DNA from: Nageia nagi
Taxonomy: Eukaryota > Plantae > Pinophyta
Length of the DNA: 64,000 nt
Assembly (NCBI GenBank): GCA_050084985.1
Contig: JBITNC010000001.1
Coordinates: forward strand, 88,350,001-88,414,000
Direction: 5' to 3'
The position numbers were made by a program, and so were the translations under genes. Below, in pieces: positions 1 to 13,794 of the stretch. The notes under the pieces are model-generated. The model ran no database searches. It was not told the origin of the DNA and saw only the letters and a program-made list of their open reading frames with translations. Every line of letters starts with the position of its first letter. The first letter of the stretch is position 1.

Positions 1-2102
1 TATTTCATTGCTCCATGGGACTTGCACAATGGTAACGCATCTAATATACACCTTAAATTCTTGAATAGGATTTTAACATAATTATGCTAAGGAAAGTGTA
101 CTTAAGTATAACTTCTCTTAAAGCTAAATTGGTATGCATCAAGAGGTTATTGTAGGGATAATACCCATAAGATCTTACACAAATTATACCTCATTTGGTC
201 ATCTCTCCTTGATAGCACAATTGGTTAGAAATAACAACATTAGGTTTTATATAAATATGCAAGTGCAAAAACCCTAAATTAAATACAAGGTTTATCTTTA
301 TCATAAATGCAATTATCTTCTAATTAGCTTCAATACTCCTTTGGAAAACCTTCATAGTCTAATCCTTCTCATTCATTGATGAGTCTCAATAACCTTCTCA
401 TCTTCCTTGTCCACTCGTTCAACCAAAATAACCGAGACTTGAAGGTTTATAGTACTAGGATTGGATTAGAGTATAATGAGGATTAGGAAAACTCTTTTCA
501 TTTGATGATATGCAACCTACCCCTAGATGCATGATCACTCAAAACACATTCACAAACACTTTTCATTCCATGAATTACAGACTTAAAACATTACTTTGTT
601 TTTAATCTCAAGAGGATTTATGTCACATGTAAGGACTACCTCTCTTCCTTGATCATGGAGCCAATCAATAATTATCATAAATCCTAATCCTTCATTATTT
701 ATAATCATCAACAAGTTCACACCCAAATTATTCCATAACAACATAAATGATAAGTATACTTGCATGATTCAAATGGATAACACTTATATCATATTATCAC
801 TTTCAAAAGATATATAAGCAATTTCTGGAAAGTCAAAATGAATAAAGTTATCCATTTAGTAATTTATAGAAAAAAAATCATAAATCATTTCCCTAATTCT
901 CAATAAAAAAATTCTTATAACTTCACAAATCATTTCCCTATTTATAAAGCTTAATTATGTAATCACATTCACAAATGCCATTGTATAAAGTAAAGATAAA
1001 ATTATATAAATTATTATAGCAAACTTTGAAAAAGACGATATCAATTGAACTTTAAAAGACATACACATGCAATTATTAAACTTATAAAGCTTATAGTAGA
1101 AATGAGAAACTAAATAATGTTAAAAAGTAAGACGCCTCAACATGATTGAGGTTTTATAAAGAAGGCGAAGAATTATTGGGGACTTATCTTAAATAGATTA
1201 CCGTAATTGAAAGCTTAACTTAGTTTGCGGATCTCATCCAGGAATGAAGAACATTACAAGTCTTGGATCATAATACGGTGTATCATGCCCCTTAGGATGA
1301 AACAAGGTTCGAATTAGCATTGATCATATTTTGAAAGAGAGTGATATAAATAAGGTTCCGTATTCAAGATCTTTCCTTCAAACTACTAAAGGAGCACAAG
1401 TTCGACTCAGGCTGGGCAGAGTCCCTTATTTGTATGTGACACAGAAAATATTGTTCTCAAGAATATTAAGATTTATTTATCCAACTAAATTTCTCTTTTG
1501 TAGGAGATAGAAACGACTCAGTTTGACTCGATCTAATATAAATGGGCTCTAGACTAGTTAACGTCCAAAAGTTTAAGATATTCGACATCCAACTAAACTG
1601 CCATTAAATAAAATTTCTATTCCCTTCATCCTATTGCTTAAACATCAAGATGCAGATGGATATTTCCATGAGATAAGGGAAGAACAGATCAAATCAAATA
1701 TTGGTTAAAAAATCATCTCTAAAGCAAAGTATCCTCTAATCGGGTGACCACGATCCATAGAGAGAGATGTTACTTTAGCTCTCATCTTTTTTTCTTTTTT
1801 AATAACTATTGATATCTATGAAGACTGGATCTGCGATTCAACTAGTCTTAAGGATTGAAAATGAAAATACCATTTTACAAAAGTTTACTAGTGAATTGAT
1901 TATGTTACTCGAATAACAAAGAGAATATCTAGCTGAGAACATGTTTGTTCATATCAAAATTTTATTTTTCCTTTTCAAATAGGGCATGTACAACCCAAGC
2001 ATCAATTTCTAATATTGCTTGGTCTTACTAAAAGAAATGGGCATGCACAGCGAGAGCAGGACCTACATGTACGCTAAGAAATAAACTTCACAAAATGTTT
2101 TG

Positions 2103-2837
2103 CTAATCATCAATGCATTTTATAAGTTCAAGAGCTCTTGGAAGTCCAAGACTGTATGATGCAACCTGATGGGGATGGGTGGAGAAACGCCCTGCAACTA
2201 AAGAGTTAACTTACCTAGTAAATCATCAAAACTGACTCATATCAGCTAGCATCGATAATAGACATTATTCAATTATTAATAATACCTCACGAGCTAGCGA
2301 ATTTAGAGACAATCGTAGGTTTCTCATCAACCAAGTGTTTCAAAACCAATGTAGTTGATTGAATCAAAACATTTAACACTATAAAAATCCTCACGAGTGT
2401 ACCTATATTCATCCATTTGGGCAAAACAACTTGTTCGAAGAGTTGGACTTCAGCTGAAGAGAGATGTTTTTCAACATCCACCTCATCCGCTAAGGCAATA
2501 GAGCAGGATTTATTGTAGAATCCATATTCATTCGATATCACTATTTGGTAATTATGGAGCTAATTTCATACAAGGGTAGGGGTGAATTTCTTTCATTATT
2601 CCCAGTTTATCAAAACCATCCAATACAGATTCAAACTCCTCCAAATTCGATGTTGTGGCTTGTAAAAGAACGACATTTCTTTTGAGAGGAAAACAACTAG
2701 ACCTATTTCCTTCCCAACTTTGATATATTCTTTTCCTAGGATTTGCAAGACAAAGAGAACATGGCTTCACATTTCACAGGGTATCCATTTAGTCCCAAAA
2801 TAGAGTCATTCTAATACAAACACAATCCAACACAGAT
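2103..2837 (-). pseudogene. Spliced host-gene remnant (penultimate exon ~2837-2403, intron 2402-2192, terminal exon 2191-2103); product unidentified
   Basis: Polypyrimidine tract plus CAG acceptor at 2838-2840 (minus strand). The GT..AG intron 2402-2192 joins ...LPKWMNI|G to RFSTHPHQVASYSLGLPRALELIKCIDD-stop in frame. CpGs are retained locally. The upstream part has stops and a frame break (ORFs 2552-2770 and 2287-2541 are in different frames). Confidence 0.5.
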
Positions 2838-3025
2838 CTGGGGAAGGAGGGGGGAAAATTATTACACGAGTATCGAGAAGGATAGTACTATTAGCCTTTA
2901 TCCATATTTCTCTTAGTCGTCCTCACCATTTTATTATTTAAAACTAGTAAAAAACTCTTTTAGCTGACATGATCCTTTCTGCATGACCAACTAAAAACAT
3001 AAAAAATAAACAAAAGTGAAACATC

Positions 3026-4223
3026 TATAAACACCTTAAAATTTCATTTTATATTGTTGATAGGGTTATACTCACATTTATGGTATTTATCATAGCATGA
3101 ACTCATGTCTACCTAACATGTTTTTGTAGCACTTTCAATCAATTTGATCAACACTATTTTGACCTTTAAGTTATTTCTAACACTTTGGTTCTAGTTGCTT
3201 GGATGACTTGTCAGTCACCCAGACAATCCTACAGGTAACACAGTCATTCGGACGATCCTATCTCAAGTTTATATAAGGTAATATGGTCTCACTTTTCAAG
3301 ACTTTTCTTGCTTAACACACTTTTCACAAGTTTTACGATTACTGTACTTACTTGCATGCACATTAGAGTTTGTGATATCAGCTTCAAAGGGTTACATCAA
3401 GTTTTGAGCCTCCATCTTCATACCTTGGAATCCCTTCTCCATGCTCTATGGATTGAGGTACCTTATGGTTAATTGATGAGCTTATGTTATTGATCATTGA
3501 TTTCATGAGTATTTGTAGGCTTTCAAGCTTTAAATAAACCTCCATGGAAGACTTGTATCCTTTCTTGGATTAAATATTTATCATTGTTTGGTATATAGGC
3601 ATACTTAGGCTAATATTCATACCTAGGGTTTCAACCTAAGGTTTAATCTTTAAGGTCTAAACCTTAGGGTTTGAAGGATCTTTATTATTTTTATTAGCAT
3701 TGCTAGCATTAGATCTATTGTTATTTGTATTGCATCCATTGTAATTATTATCATTTGACCATATTAGGCAAATCTTTATGCATGCATAGGCTTTTATCAA
3801 TCTTTATCATATCATTGTTATATCATTGTTAATTTGCATTGTCAAATTTATTTATATAAATATTTTCTATATTCTATGTTTCAATATCATATTTGCACAA
3901 TAAACATTTTAGTCTTTTCTATTATCCTCTTGATTGTGGACAAAGGAAGCTTACAGCCCTTTTGAGTTAGGGTTTTACCCACTTGGATGGTCACAAGGTC
4001 CTATGGACTTGTGATTTGAAGTCTTCCATAACCTATTATGTCTCCTTTCGGGTCTAGATAGCTTATTGCATTAGTGAATTACAAAGGACAATTTCTAAAC
4101 CCTATATTTATCAATCTTATCAATAACTCATATAACAAAATTAGATACAAATGTATCAAGATCCTTGGATTTACTCATACATGTTTTGAGTGGTTAAGGT
4201 GTAGGGGTTTTGAAGTATTTATA
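3026..4223 (+). repeat. 5' LTR of the Tat/Ogre-like element (~1.2 kb)
   Basis: Starts TATAAACACC (decayed TGTAAACACC, as at 21240), aligns by eye with 21240-22328, and ends just before the PBS. Confidence 0.85.
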
Positions 4224-4225
4224 AA

Positions 4226-4242
4226 TGGCAATCATAGTGGGA
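4226..4242 (+). other. Primer binding site, tRNA-Arg type (decayed)
   Basis: TGGCAATCATAGTGGGA differs from TGGCGACCACAGTGGGA (complement of a plant tRNA-Arg 3' end, from memory) only by C>T/G>A transitions, and lies 2 nt after the LTR. Confidence 0.7.
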
Positions 4243-5851
4243 CCGTATTGGTCCTAGGCTCACAAGACAAAAGAGGATTTCCTAAGCCTTTTATCTTATT
4301 TTTGGTGGCCTTTAATCTATGGATGTTTCCTTGATTTCAGAGAGTTCTTGCAAGTGATTTTTTGTTAAAATTTGTAAGATAACCTATTGGGCATGGACAG
4401 AACCTGATTTGAAAATATCAAAGGTCCATTTTCACTATAGAGAAAATCATCCACTTGCAGGCCAACCCTAACTATAAATTGCCCTCCTAAAGGTCATCCA
4501 GATGACCCTACAGTTGGCCCATTATAGGATGGTTCTATCTATAACCTATTTTGAGCCTTATTTTTCTATTTTTGCATTTAGTTTCATATTTGTATTAGTG
4601 ATAGCAGTCCCTTATCAATTTTGGTCTATAAATTTGGGTATCCTTATCATAGGACTCATCTTTTCATCCTTTTCATAGGATTTCTATTTTAGATTAAATT
4701 TTTAGTTTTAAATATTTGACTTTGAGTGCATTATGGTCATCTTGATGACTTATGATCATTCAAACAATTGGAATTTTCACCATATTCATCCCTATAGTGG
4801 ATGATTTTATGGTAGAGGCTTATAACCTTCATTTCATTCATCAAACTTGGAGCAGGAAGAAATGTTCTTGCATAAGTGAGTCTTTGAATCTCTTTTAGCA
4901 CCTGGCATATATAGTTTGATTCCCCTCTTCATCTAAGATTACCACTTTTTAGTGAATTTTGCATTACATATTGGGGGGTTGTTGCATACACCTTGAAAAT
5001 CTACTTTGGTGTTTAAAATCAAAAATATTGCAAAAGGGTTTCATAGTTGTTGGGGTGTCTTTGTTGTTTGTTTGGTGTATACAAACGATTGTTATACTTG
5101 CATTATTTCCTATTTGAAATGAAAAGAAAGCAAATTATTATTTTAACATATTTGGGTGGGAGTGCCTTGATTTTGTTTTGAAAAGACAAGTATTTGGAGT
5201 GTAATTGCATTGCATATCATTATGGCTTGCACATCATATTTGCTTGTTGTATTAAATTCCTTCACACACCTAGGGAGTATCTAAGGTAAGTGGACTTTAT
5301 CACCATGACCTAACCCATATTCAGATTTCATCATCGAAGTGAGAGCCCCTCTCTATTTGGTAATGTGTACCATAGAGGTACCTGAATACCCTTGAAAAAT
5401 ATTTCACACCTTTAGAGATTGATCCTTACCTTGTTAACAATTCACTAGAATCATTTTTAGGAAAACATAAAAAACCTTGTGCAAAATTTATAAGTGCATT
5501 GTAAAAACAACTCTCACTAAAAAGATAAAGTGTCAAATTGAACAAAGAAGCAATTAGAAACATAAACATAATTTGTTATATCTCACCATTGCTATCTTAT
5601 CATTTAGATTTATCTTTTGAAGTGGGTTTTATCATTTAGGCTTTGTGACATTACATGCATACACATTAAACAAGATCTCTTTTAACAAAATTCCAGGCTT
5701 CTTGTTGAGTGATTTATTACTTTCACATTATTTCATTTCTATATTGGTACATTTTAAATTTTATTTAAAATAGCATAATAAATCAATTTATCCTACCCTA
5801 TCGTTATGTCTTATGCACCCTCCAAGGATGAAAAATCCTTAGCACATACAT

Positions 5852-8800
5852 ATGGTTGAGACTAGGAGTCAGCTTAGAGCTAGAGCATTTGAGGAAGAGG
5901 AACATAATAATCAGAGAAATCAACCAAGTGCTCTTTCATGATTGAATGTACCTTGTAGTCTATCACATACTCCTCATCATTCACCCTAGCGTGAGTCTGT
6001 CCATCCATCACTTGCCTCTCTTTTAGTCATACATTAGAGAGATTTTGGGTTGTTGATTCTACCCCTTAGCAAGAGGAGAGAGATCATGTGATGCCTCATA
6101 GATTTAGCTTGTCTCAATTAGAGGGTCATCTTTCTTCATAGAAACCTGTAGTGCATTGTTAGGCAACCCCTTCATAGGTTGAACATTTTCATGTATCACA
6201 TTATGAGGTTAAACACTCTATACCTCATCCTAGACCTAGTTCCTCTCACCTCCTCATTCATCCTATAGAGCCACAAATATATCAGTAAGAATGTTCATGA
6301 GAGATCCCATGGTCCAGATATTATATAAGGAGTTTTAGGAGGCCCAATTTGGTCCATTATATGCCCCTAGTAGGGAACCCTCACCATAGGTACCTCTTAT
6401 TATTGAGGTCACTTACTCTCAGTTTCCTCATCATGAGGAAGAGATAGAGTATGGACATATGGAGGATGTCCCCATGCCCCCCATCACTAGGTCTTGTCCA
6501 TTACATTCACCTACATGATACATAGTCGATGAAGCTCCTGAGATAACCTATCATGAGGAACCTTTGTTGTACCCTAGGATACCTCCTCATGTTAGTGCAT
6601 CACATGATCTACCCCCTCTCACCCTAAACTAGTCATGTTTAGGTCCTCATAGGGTCCTTCAGGTCCTCCTCCAAGTGGACCTCCTAGGCCTCCACTTGTA
6701 CCTCCTATCATTCCTGAGCCATGTATTCTCACTTTCTATAGGATGGTACCACCTCCACCTAATGATTGGGTTGGATACTATTATGAAGATTCATAACTTA
6801 TACCCTAACCTAAGAGTCAACATTTGTCTCATCCCTTGCATGATCCTAAGCCTTCATTCCATGGTGTTTCTCATTCCATATGTCCCACTATACCTTGTAT
6901 CCCTATGTCCATTCATGGCTTGAGGTTCCATCTAGACTCCTTATAGGGCATGGATCTCACTCATACTTGATCGATCCACCACTACAACCATATTATTCTT
7001 CTTCCTCTCATGTAGTGGTGCCTTCATAATAAGTATACATGCATCATCCTGAAGATTATCCTCATGTATATACTCACCTTAGATCCCTTGTATCCTATTA
7101 TGATATTGGGTATGATGAATCATCTCACCATGCCCAAGCCTCTTTGCTTGGACAACCTTGATTTCAGATTCACCATGAGTTGTAGGACTCTTAGACTAGA
7201 GGGGTTTTAGATCAAAATCCTTTACATGTTGGACTTAAGGTGACCTTTGATACATGATAGTATGATCATTCATATAGGCACAATTAGGATCCTTGTTATG
7301 ATGACTAGTATGAGCAATATGATGATCAACCCATCAGTCAAGTCCCGAAGTAGCCACCTATTGTTAGTACCCATCCTCCTAATGTAAATGATGAAATTTT
7401 TAAGAGGTTGGAAGATATGGAACTTTGGGTTGGTAATAAGAGGAAATCTAAGTTATCATACACTCTTATTTGCAATTATCCCATCCATCCAAGAATGCCA
7501 ACAAAGACCTTTCTTTACAAAATTGAGATCCCAAAGATAGATAAGTTTAGAGGGAAAGAGGATCCTAGAGAACATCTTAAATAATTCAAGTACACTTACT
7601 ATATCATTAGTAATGATGAGGTACTTATGCTTAAGACTTTTCCTATGATGCTTATAGGTCAAGCTTTAGACTGGTACAATAATCTTCTATAGCATAGAAT
7701 CTACTCCTTTGAATAGTTAGTCGATAAATTCCTTAACCACTTTTCCATAAACATATCTAAGAGAGCATCTACATGGACTTGGGAAAGTTATCATAGTTTG
7801 ATACTAATTTTGTTTTAGATTATGTATGTCGATGAAGGGCTATTATCATTGATATGCCATACACTCTAACTCAAGAGGAGTTGCTCAAGTTGTTCTCTAG
7901 AAGCTACAACAAATATATCTCTTCTATACTTAGGATTCAACAACATCATATTTTTGAGGATGCTTCAACGTAAGCTAAGTTTATAAAAGAGGTCAAGGTT
8001 TAGGATGGTGAGATCAAACTTATAAAGAAGGAAAATAATAATCCAAAGTACCGTGACAATGGGAATAATCATAGTACTTCTCATTAGAAACCATAGAATA
8101 GTGAAGTATCACATGATATTCATCAGACATAGCTAGTGGTTCAATTAGCACCTCCATGGTAGTTCAAGGCCAATCCATTTTTACAACCACAAGCACAAGA
8201 AATACCAAGGTATAATATCAATTAGGGTAATCAACAAAATGCTTATAGACCTAGGCAACCTCATAGCAAGGGTCACAAAAACCTTGAACTCCTTTGGTCA
8301 AGCCTATCGAGCATTTTAAAACTTTTAGAGGCATAGTTGGTCAATCTCTATGAAATTAAACCTAAGGATACTAATTGGGAGAAACTAGCTTGGTATAAAG
8401 ATAATGAGTATTGTATTTACCATCGATAGAAAGGATATGATACTAACAAATGTAATCAGTTGAGGAATGTTATTTAGAGGTTGATAGATAATGGGCAAGT
8501 ATCAACTAGAAATCTAATGGTGCAACCTAATAGAAATTTGGGTATCTTTCAAGATCCATTACCTAGGCATAATAATAATATCAACCATATCTCTTCAAAG
8601 GTAATGCAATAGTTAATCATGACTACCATCCTAAATAAATAATAAGTTAGTGGGTTTTAGGGATATAGATTTAGATTTTCCCTTTATGGGATGCATCAAC
8701 ATAACCCCTTACTATGAGTTTATGGGTATCATGGATCCACCTCCATCATATCATATTGTATAGGTTCATGACAATAACATGATTTATGTGGAAACTATAA

Positions 8801-11800
8801 TAGGTAGAGGTAAATATCAAGCACCTCATCCCACCCCTATAGAACTAAGAATTCAATAACCTTTACCTTAGGCTAGAGTTTAGATTCAGACTTAGGCTCC
8901 TAGAACACTAGTGACTATACAAAACTAACTAAAGCAACAACTTAGCACCACTCTAAAAAAGCTCTCCCTATGTTATTTATAGCAACAATCTTTTGAACAT
9001 AGGAATTATTTGAACAATATCTTAAAATCCATCAAGTTAGATAGTGACAACCCTATTCTTTTGGAGATTTTATAGGAGTTTTTCAAAGTGCTACTAGACC
9101 TAGATTACTTTCTTTCAAGATGAGATTTAGTATCCTCCAATTGATAATCCAAATAATATTGCTTTGTACATCCAAACTTATGTGGATTCTCATCCTTTGA
9201 AAAAAGTATTGGTAGGTAATGATTCCATAATCAATGTTATATCTTTAGTATCACTTGAGAGACTTAAGGTTCCTACTAGGTCTTTAAATGCTCCTACTCT
9301 TTTATTATGGCCTTTAATAATACTTTGGCCACAACCATGGGCATAGTAATTCTTCTATTCAAGGTTGGAGTCAAATAAATAGCAACTACTTATCTTGTGG
9401 TTGAAGGTGAGATGCAGTACAATTTTGTTTTGGTTGATCATGGATAGAGGACATATAGTCAATTCTATGTACTTCACATAGATGTTTGAAATATTTACAT
9501 AATAGGACTTTCATGTAGGCATCATTTTCCTATCATCATTCTTATGAATTATCATCCTAACTATGCAACCATGTTCATAAGAACTTCCATCCTCAAGTCT
9601 TTCACTAGTTCATTCAACTTCTTCTTTGCAACCATATTCTTTATCTCCATATGGAGTGGATCCTTTTCTATGTCATAATGGTAAATCTCATGAGGATTTT
9701 GTACATCCTTCTTCCAATCATCAAACCTCATTCATGTCCATATATGGAAATGATTATTCATCTTATCATTAAGTGCCTCCACCCAGTCAATTCCATTTAT
9801 CCTCATCATACCTTATATCTAATGACTTGTAGGAAGATGAGCCCTCTTTCTCTCTTATTGGTACTAATCCTCCTAACCAATAGCTTGTCAACCTTATCAT
9901 TTCACCACCATATGATATCATTAAGTATGAATATCTTGGAAAGGGGGATTATCTTATAAATGATGCTTTTTTGGGGAAACCTCATGAATCCTCACTTGCT
10001 TTAGGCTCTATCATCCCATTAGGCTCATATCCTAACCGAATCATTCTTTGTTTACATGGGTATAGACTTACCCCAGGCATTCTCCTCAAGTGTTAGCTTA
10101 AGGAGAAATTTTTTGCTAAAATAAAATATCTATCATGTCTTGATCTAGTGTGTAGACTCTTTGCTAAATGGAAATGGCAAGGATATGGCCTAATAAAACT
10201 TTAGCAAGGTCAAGTTCATGCTTTTATTATTCCTTTTCAATATGAATAAGATAAATGTGGTCTAGGGTATCATGTCCCTAAGATTAAAATTCTAAAAGAA
10301 CAATTTGCACATCTTAATCTTATAGAAGAGGAGGTATCACATGATGATAAGCATGATATCAATTTGTATTTTCATCCATCTAGTCCTCATGCTTTGAAGT
10401 GTTCCATCCTAAATGATTTCTTCCATAAGCTTTCATGTGACATCACCTTTCATGTTTCAATGGTTTTCCTTGATGGTTTTTCACCTTTCATCCCTCTCTT
10501 GGATTTTAACTCACAAAATTATATCATTCCTTTATCTACAAATTTCTCTTCTCATTTATTGGGTCCTTCTCTTACCTAAAGTGATGTGTCTCTTTCTCTT
10601 CATTACCTTGATGAAGCCAAATCATTAATTTTAGCTTCCTTCATCAATAGTTTGGATAAACATGATTATGTGTACCTTCCCATGTTTAAGAATCTAAAGG
10701 ATATATCTTACATGCACTTAGGAAAGTCATTTGAAATAAATATCAGTGAGGATCTTGCAAATCCAAAGATAATCTACTTGGGGGATGTTTTAGATGAAGT
10801 AGAAAGGGCTAAAGCCATGACCATACTAAAAAGGTATTCAAAGTTCTTTGCCTTTGGTTATCAATATGTTCCTAGTATGGATCCTAACATCATAGTCCAT
10901 AATATTTTCACTCATACAGATGCCAAGCCAATCAATAAGAAGCCTAGAAATGTTAATCTATCATAGTCATTTTAGATCAAGGATGAGATTCAGAAGCTCT
11001 TAGATGCCAAGTTCATTAGTTATATAGATTACCCCCAGTGGGTGTCTAACATGGTTCCCATTAGCAAGCATTATAGCCTTATTAGGGTCTGCATGGATTT
11101 TAGAGATCTCAATGTGGCTTGTCCTAAGTATGATTTTCCATTTCCCAACATTGATACTTTGGTTGACAACACAACAAGATATGAGATGATGTCACTCATG
11201 GATGGTTTCTCAGGTTACAATCAAATTTGGATTCCCCCCAAGATCAACACAAGATAGCATTCACTACACATGCAGGACTTTTTGTTACAAGGTCATGCCA
11301 TTTGGACTTAAGAACATCAATGCCACAGATCAGCACACTATGACTTATGTGTTCTAGATATCAACATTTAGAAGTGCTAGAGAGATTCTTTGAGAGATTG
11401 CTCAAACACAATGTTAGATTAAATCCTAAGAAATGTGTTTTTGGTGTCACATTAAGCAAACTCCTAGGGTTTATCATTTCTAAAAGAGGTATAGAGGTTG
11501 TTCCTAAGAAGGTGACTGCCATCACTAGCATGCCTCCACCTCACAATGTTAAAACCTTAAGAAGGCTTCAAGGAAAGATCCACTTCATTAGGAGATTCAT
11601 AGCTCAATTCTTAGATAAGTGTAAATGAGCTCCTTAATAAGGGTGTATAGCTTGACTAGAGTGAGAGTTGTTAGCAAGCCTTCGATCACATTTGGCAATA
11701 TTTACTTAATCTATTAATCTTTATTCCTCCTAAGGATAATGTCCCCTTCCATTTATATCTATTACCTTAGTCCCACACTTGTGGATTATAAACTTAGGTA

Positions 11801-13794
11801 TGTTTATATTGAGAAGTAATATCTTGCAATCATCTTCTTTACCAATAAAATTAGGTATTATATGTTAAATTGTACCACTTATGTGATTTTTAGAGCTAAT
11901 CCATTAAAATATATGATGAGCAAGGTATAACATAATAGATGCACTACCAAATGGATCATGTTTCTTTTAGATTTTGACTTAATTTTTATTAGTTAGAAGT
12001 CAATCAAACATTAGGTAATAGCATATCAATTGGTAGTGGCACCCATTCAGTCTACTACCCCTCTTGATGATGTGTTCAAGATTGATGAGATCGAGGAAGT
12101 AGTAGATACCCAAGAGGATTATGAAATTACTATGTAATTTGATAGATAGATATGTGAATAAGGGGGAGGGGCCACAGTTATCTTCTTTACTCCCCAAGGG
12201 GTCCCTATCTCATATTCTCTCAAACTCAACTTCCCATGAACTAACAATAATGCTGAATATGAAACATTAATCTTAAGACTTAAGGCATCCATCGTGCTAA
12301 ATTTGAAAGGTTGCTCATTTATGAAGACTCTTAGTTAATCGTCAATCAGATTATGGGCACCTATCAATATCACAATGAACTTCTAAATGACTATCGATAT
12401 ATGGTGTTGAAATTGCTAAAATGATTCAAATCCTACAAAATTGAGATAGTCCCCCAATCATCTAATAGGTTTGTTGACACCATGGCATCCTTATTAACAT
12501 ATTTAGCATGTGGAGATAGTGACTTTGAAGGAATCTACCCTTAAGACACTGTTACCTTAGAATCTACCTTTATCCTCAATTAATTAGATCAATATTGAGC
12601 CATGTAACTTATGGTACAAGCAACTGCATGAATATCTAAAGTGGAATATCACACCTCCCAACTTTTTAGTAGGAGAAAAATAGACATTCAAGAAAAATGC
12701 TTCTTGTTATGCCATATTAGGAGACATGGTCTATAAATGGTCATATGATGGATTCCTTCTACATTGCTTAGAACTATCTGACTAGGCTATGCTATGCAAA
12801 CTTTTCATGATAACATATGTGGTGGGCACTTTAATGGAACTGCTATTTTGAAACACATTCTTAGGATGGGGTACTATTGCCCTACCATGGGACAATACTG
12901 TTAAGAATATGTTAAAAAGTGTGTTAAGTTCCAGTAGCATTCTCATTTGCAACATCTACTTGCTCAAGAACTTAACCTTATCCAATCTATGTGGTCTTTT
13001 ACATAGTGGGGCTTTAATCTCATAGGGCATTTTGTACCTCCCTCTTCAAGAGGCCATAAGTTCATCATTATCGTGATGAAATACTTCACCAAGTGGGTCA
13101 AGGCTGAGCCACTTATGTACACCATAGGTCTTAATATTATCAAATTTATTAACATTCATATTATTTGTAAGTTTGACATTATGCATAAGATCATATCAGA
13201 TAACAGGCTATTTTTCAAGAATTAGCATGTGAGAGCATTATGTAATGGTTATAATATCCAACATTATTTTTCTATACCATATTACCATCGAAATTGGTAG
13301 GAGTGTCTCCCATATGCCTTATAGGCCTATCACACTAGTAATAAGATGCCTACAGAGGTCATCCCCTTTTCACTAATCTATGGGGAGGAAGCAATCATGC
13401 CACTTGAGTTAGAGATGTCATGTTTGATAGTTCAGCTCTAAGGCCTCATTCCAAATGAGGATGCTAGATAATCCCAACTAGATCAACTTACTCTTCTTCA
13501 TAGAGACATTTCAATGTTATTTAATATCATAAAGTCTATCAAGAATGGTTGAAGTAAGTGTATAACAAGAAGGTCAAACCTAGGAAATTTGAGATTGATG
13601 ACTTGGTACTTAAAGAGAATCAACAACAGTCAAACCTTAAAAGGTCTCTTCGAGATAAGTTTGCATTGAATTGGTTAGGGTCTTACATATTCAAGAATAA
13701 ATTTGATATAGGAGCCTATCATTTGTCAAATTTAGAAGGGAGTGAAGATTTAGAGCCTATTAACATCATCCATCTTCATCCATTATATGCTTAG
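5852..13794 (+). pseudogene. gag-pol polyprotein pseudogene of the gypsy element
   Basis: Start MVETRSQ with a Pro/His-rich N-terminal extension. Gag core ~7480-7980 (KFRGKEDPREHL..QALDWY); protease-like KKVLVGNDSIINV ~9200; G-patch ~10150-10272; RT (RVCMDFRDLN..MDGFSGYNQI) ~11040-11630; aRH (TNNNAEYETL) ~12125-12490; integrase ~12760-13794. Many stops and frameshifts. Confidence 0.9.

Noticed and set aside
583-765. 60-aa ORF
   Set aside because: AT-rich, no recognisable motif or splice support.
1395-1420. GTTCGACTC resembling a tRNA T-loop/B-box
   Set aside because: No A-box, acceptor stem or cloverleaf around it.
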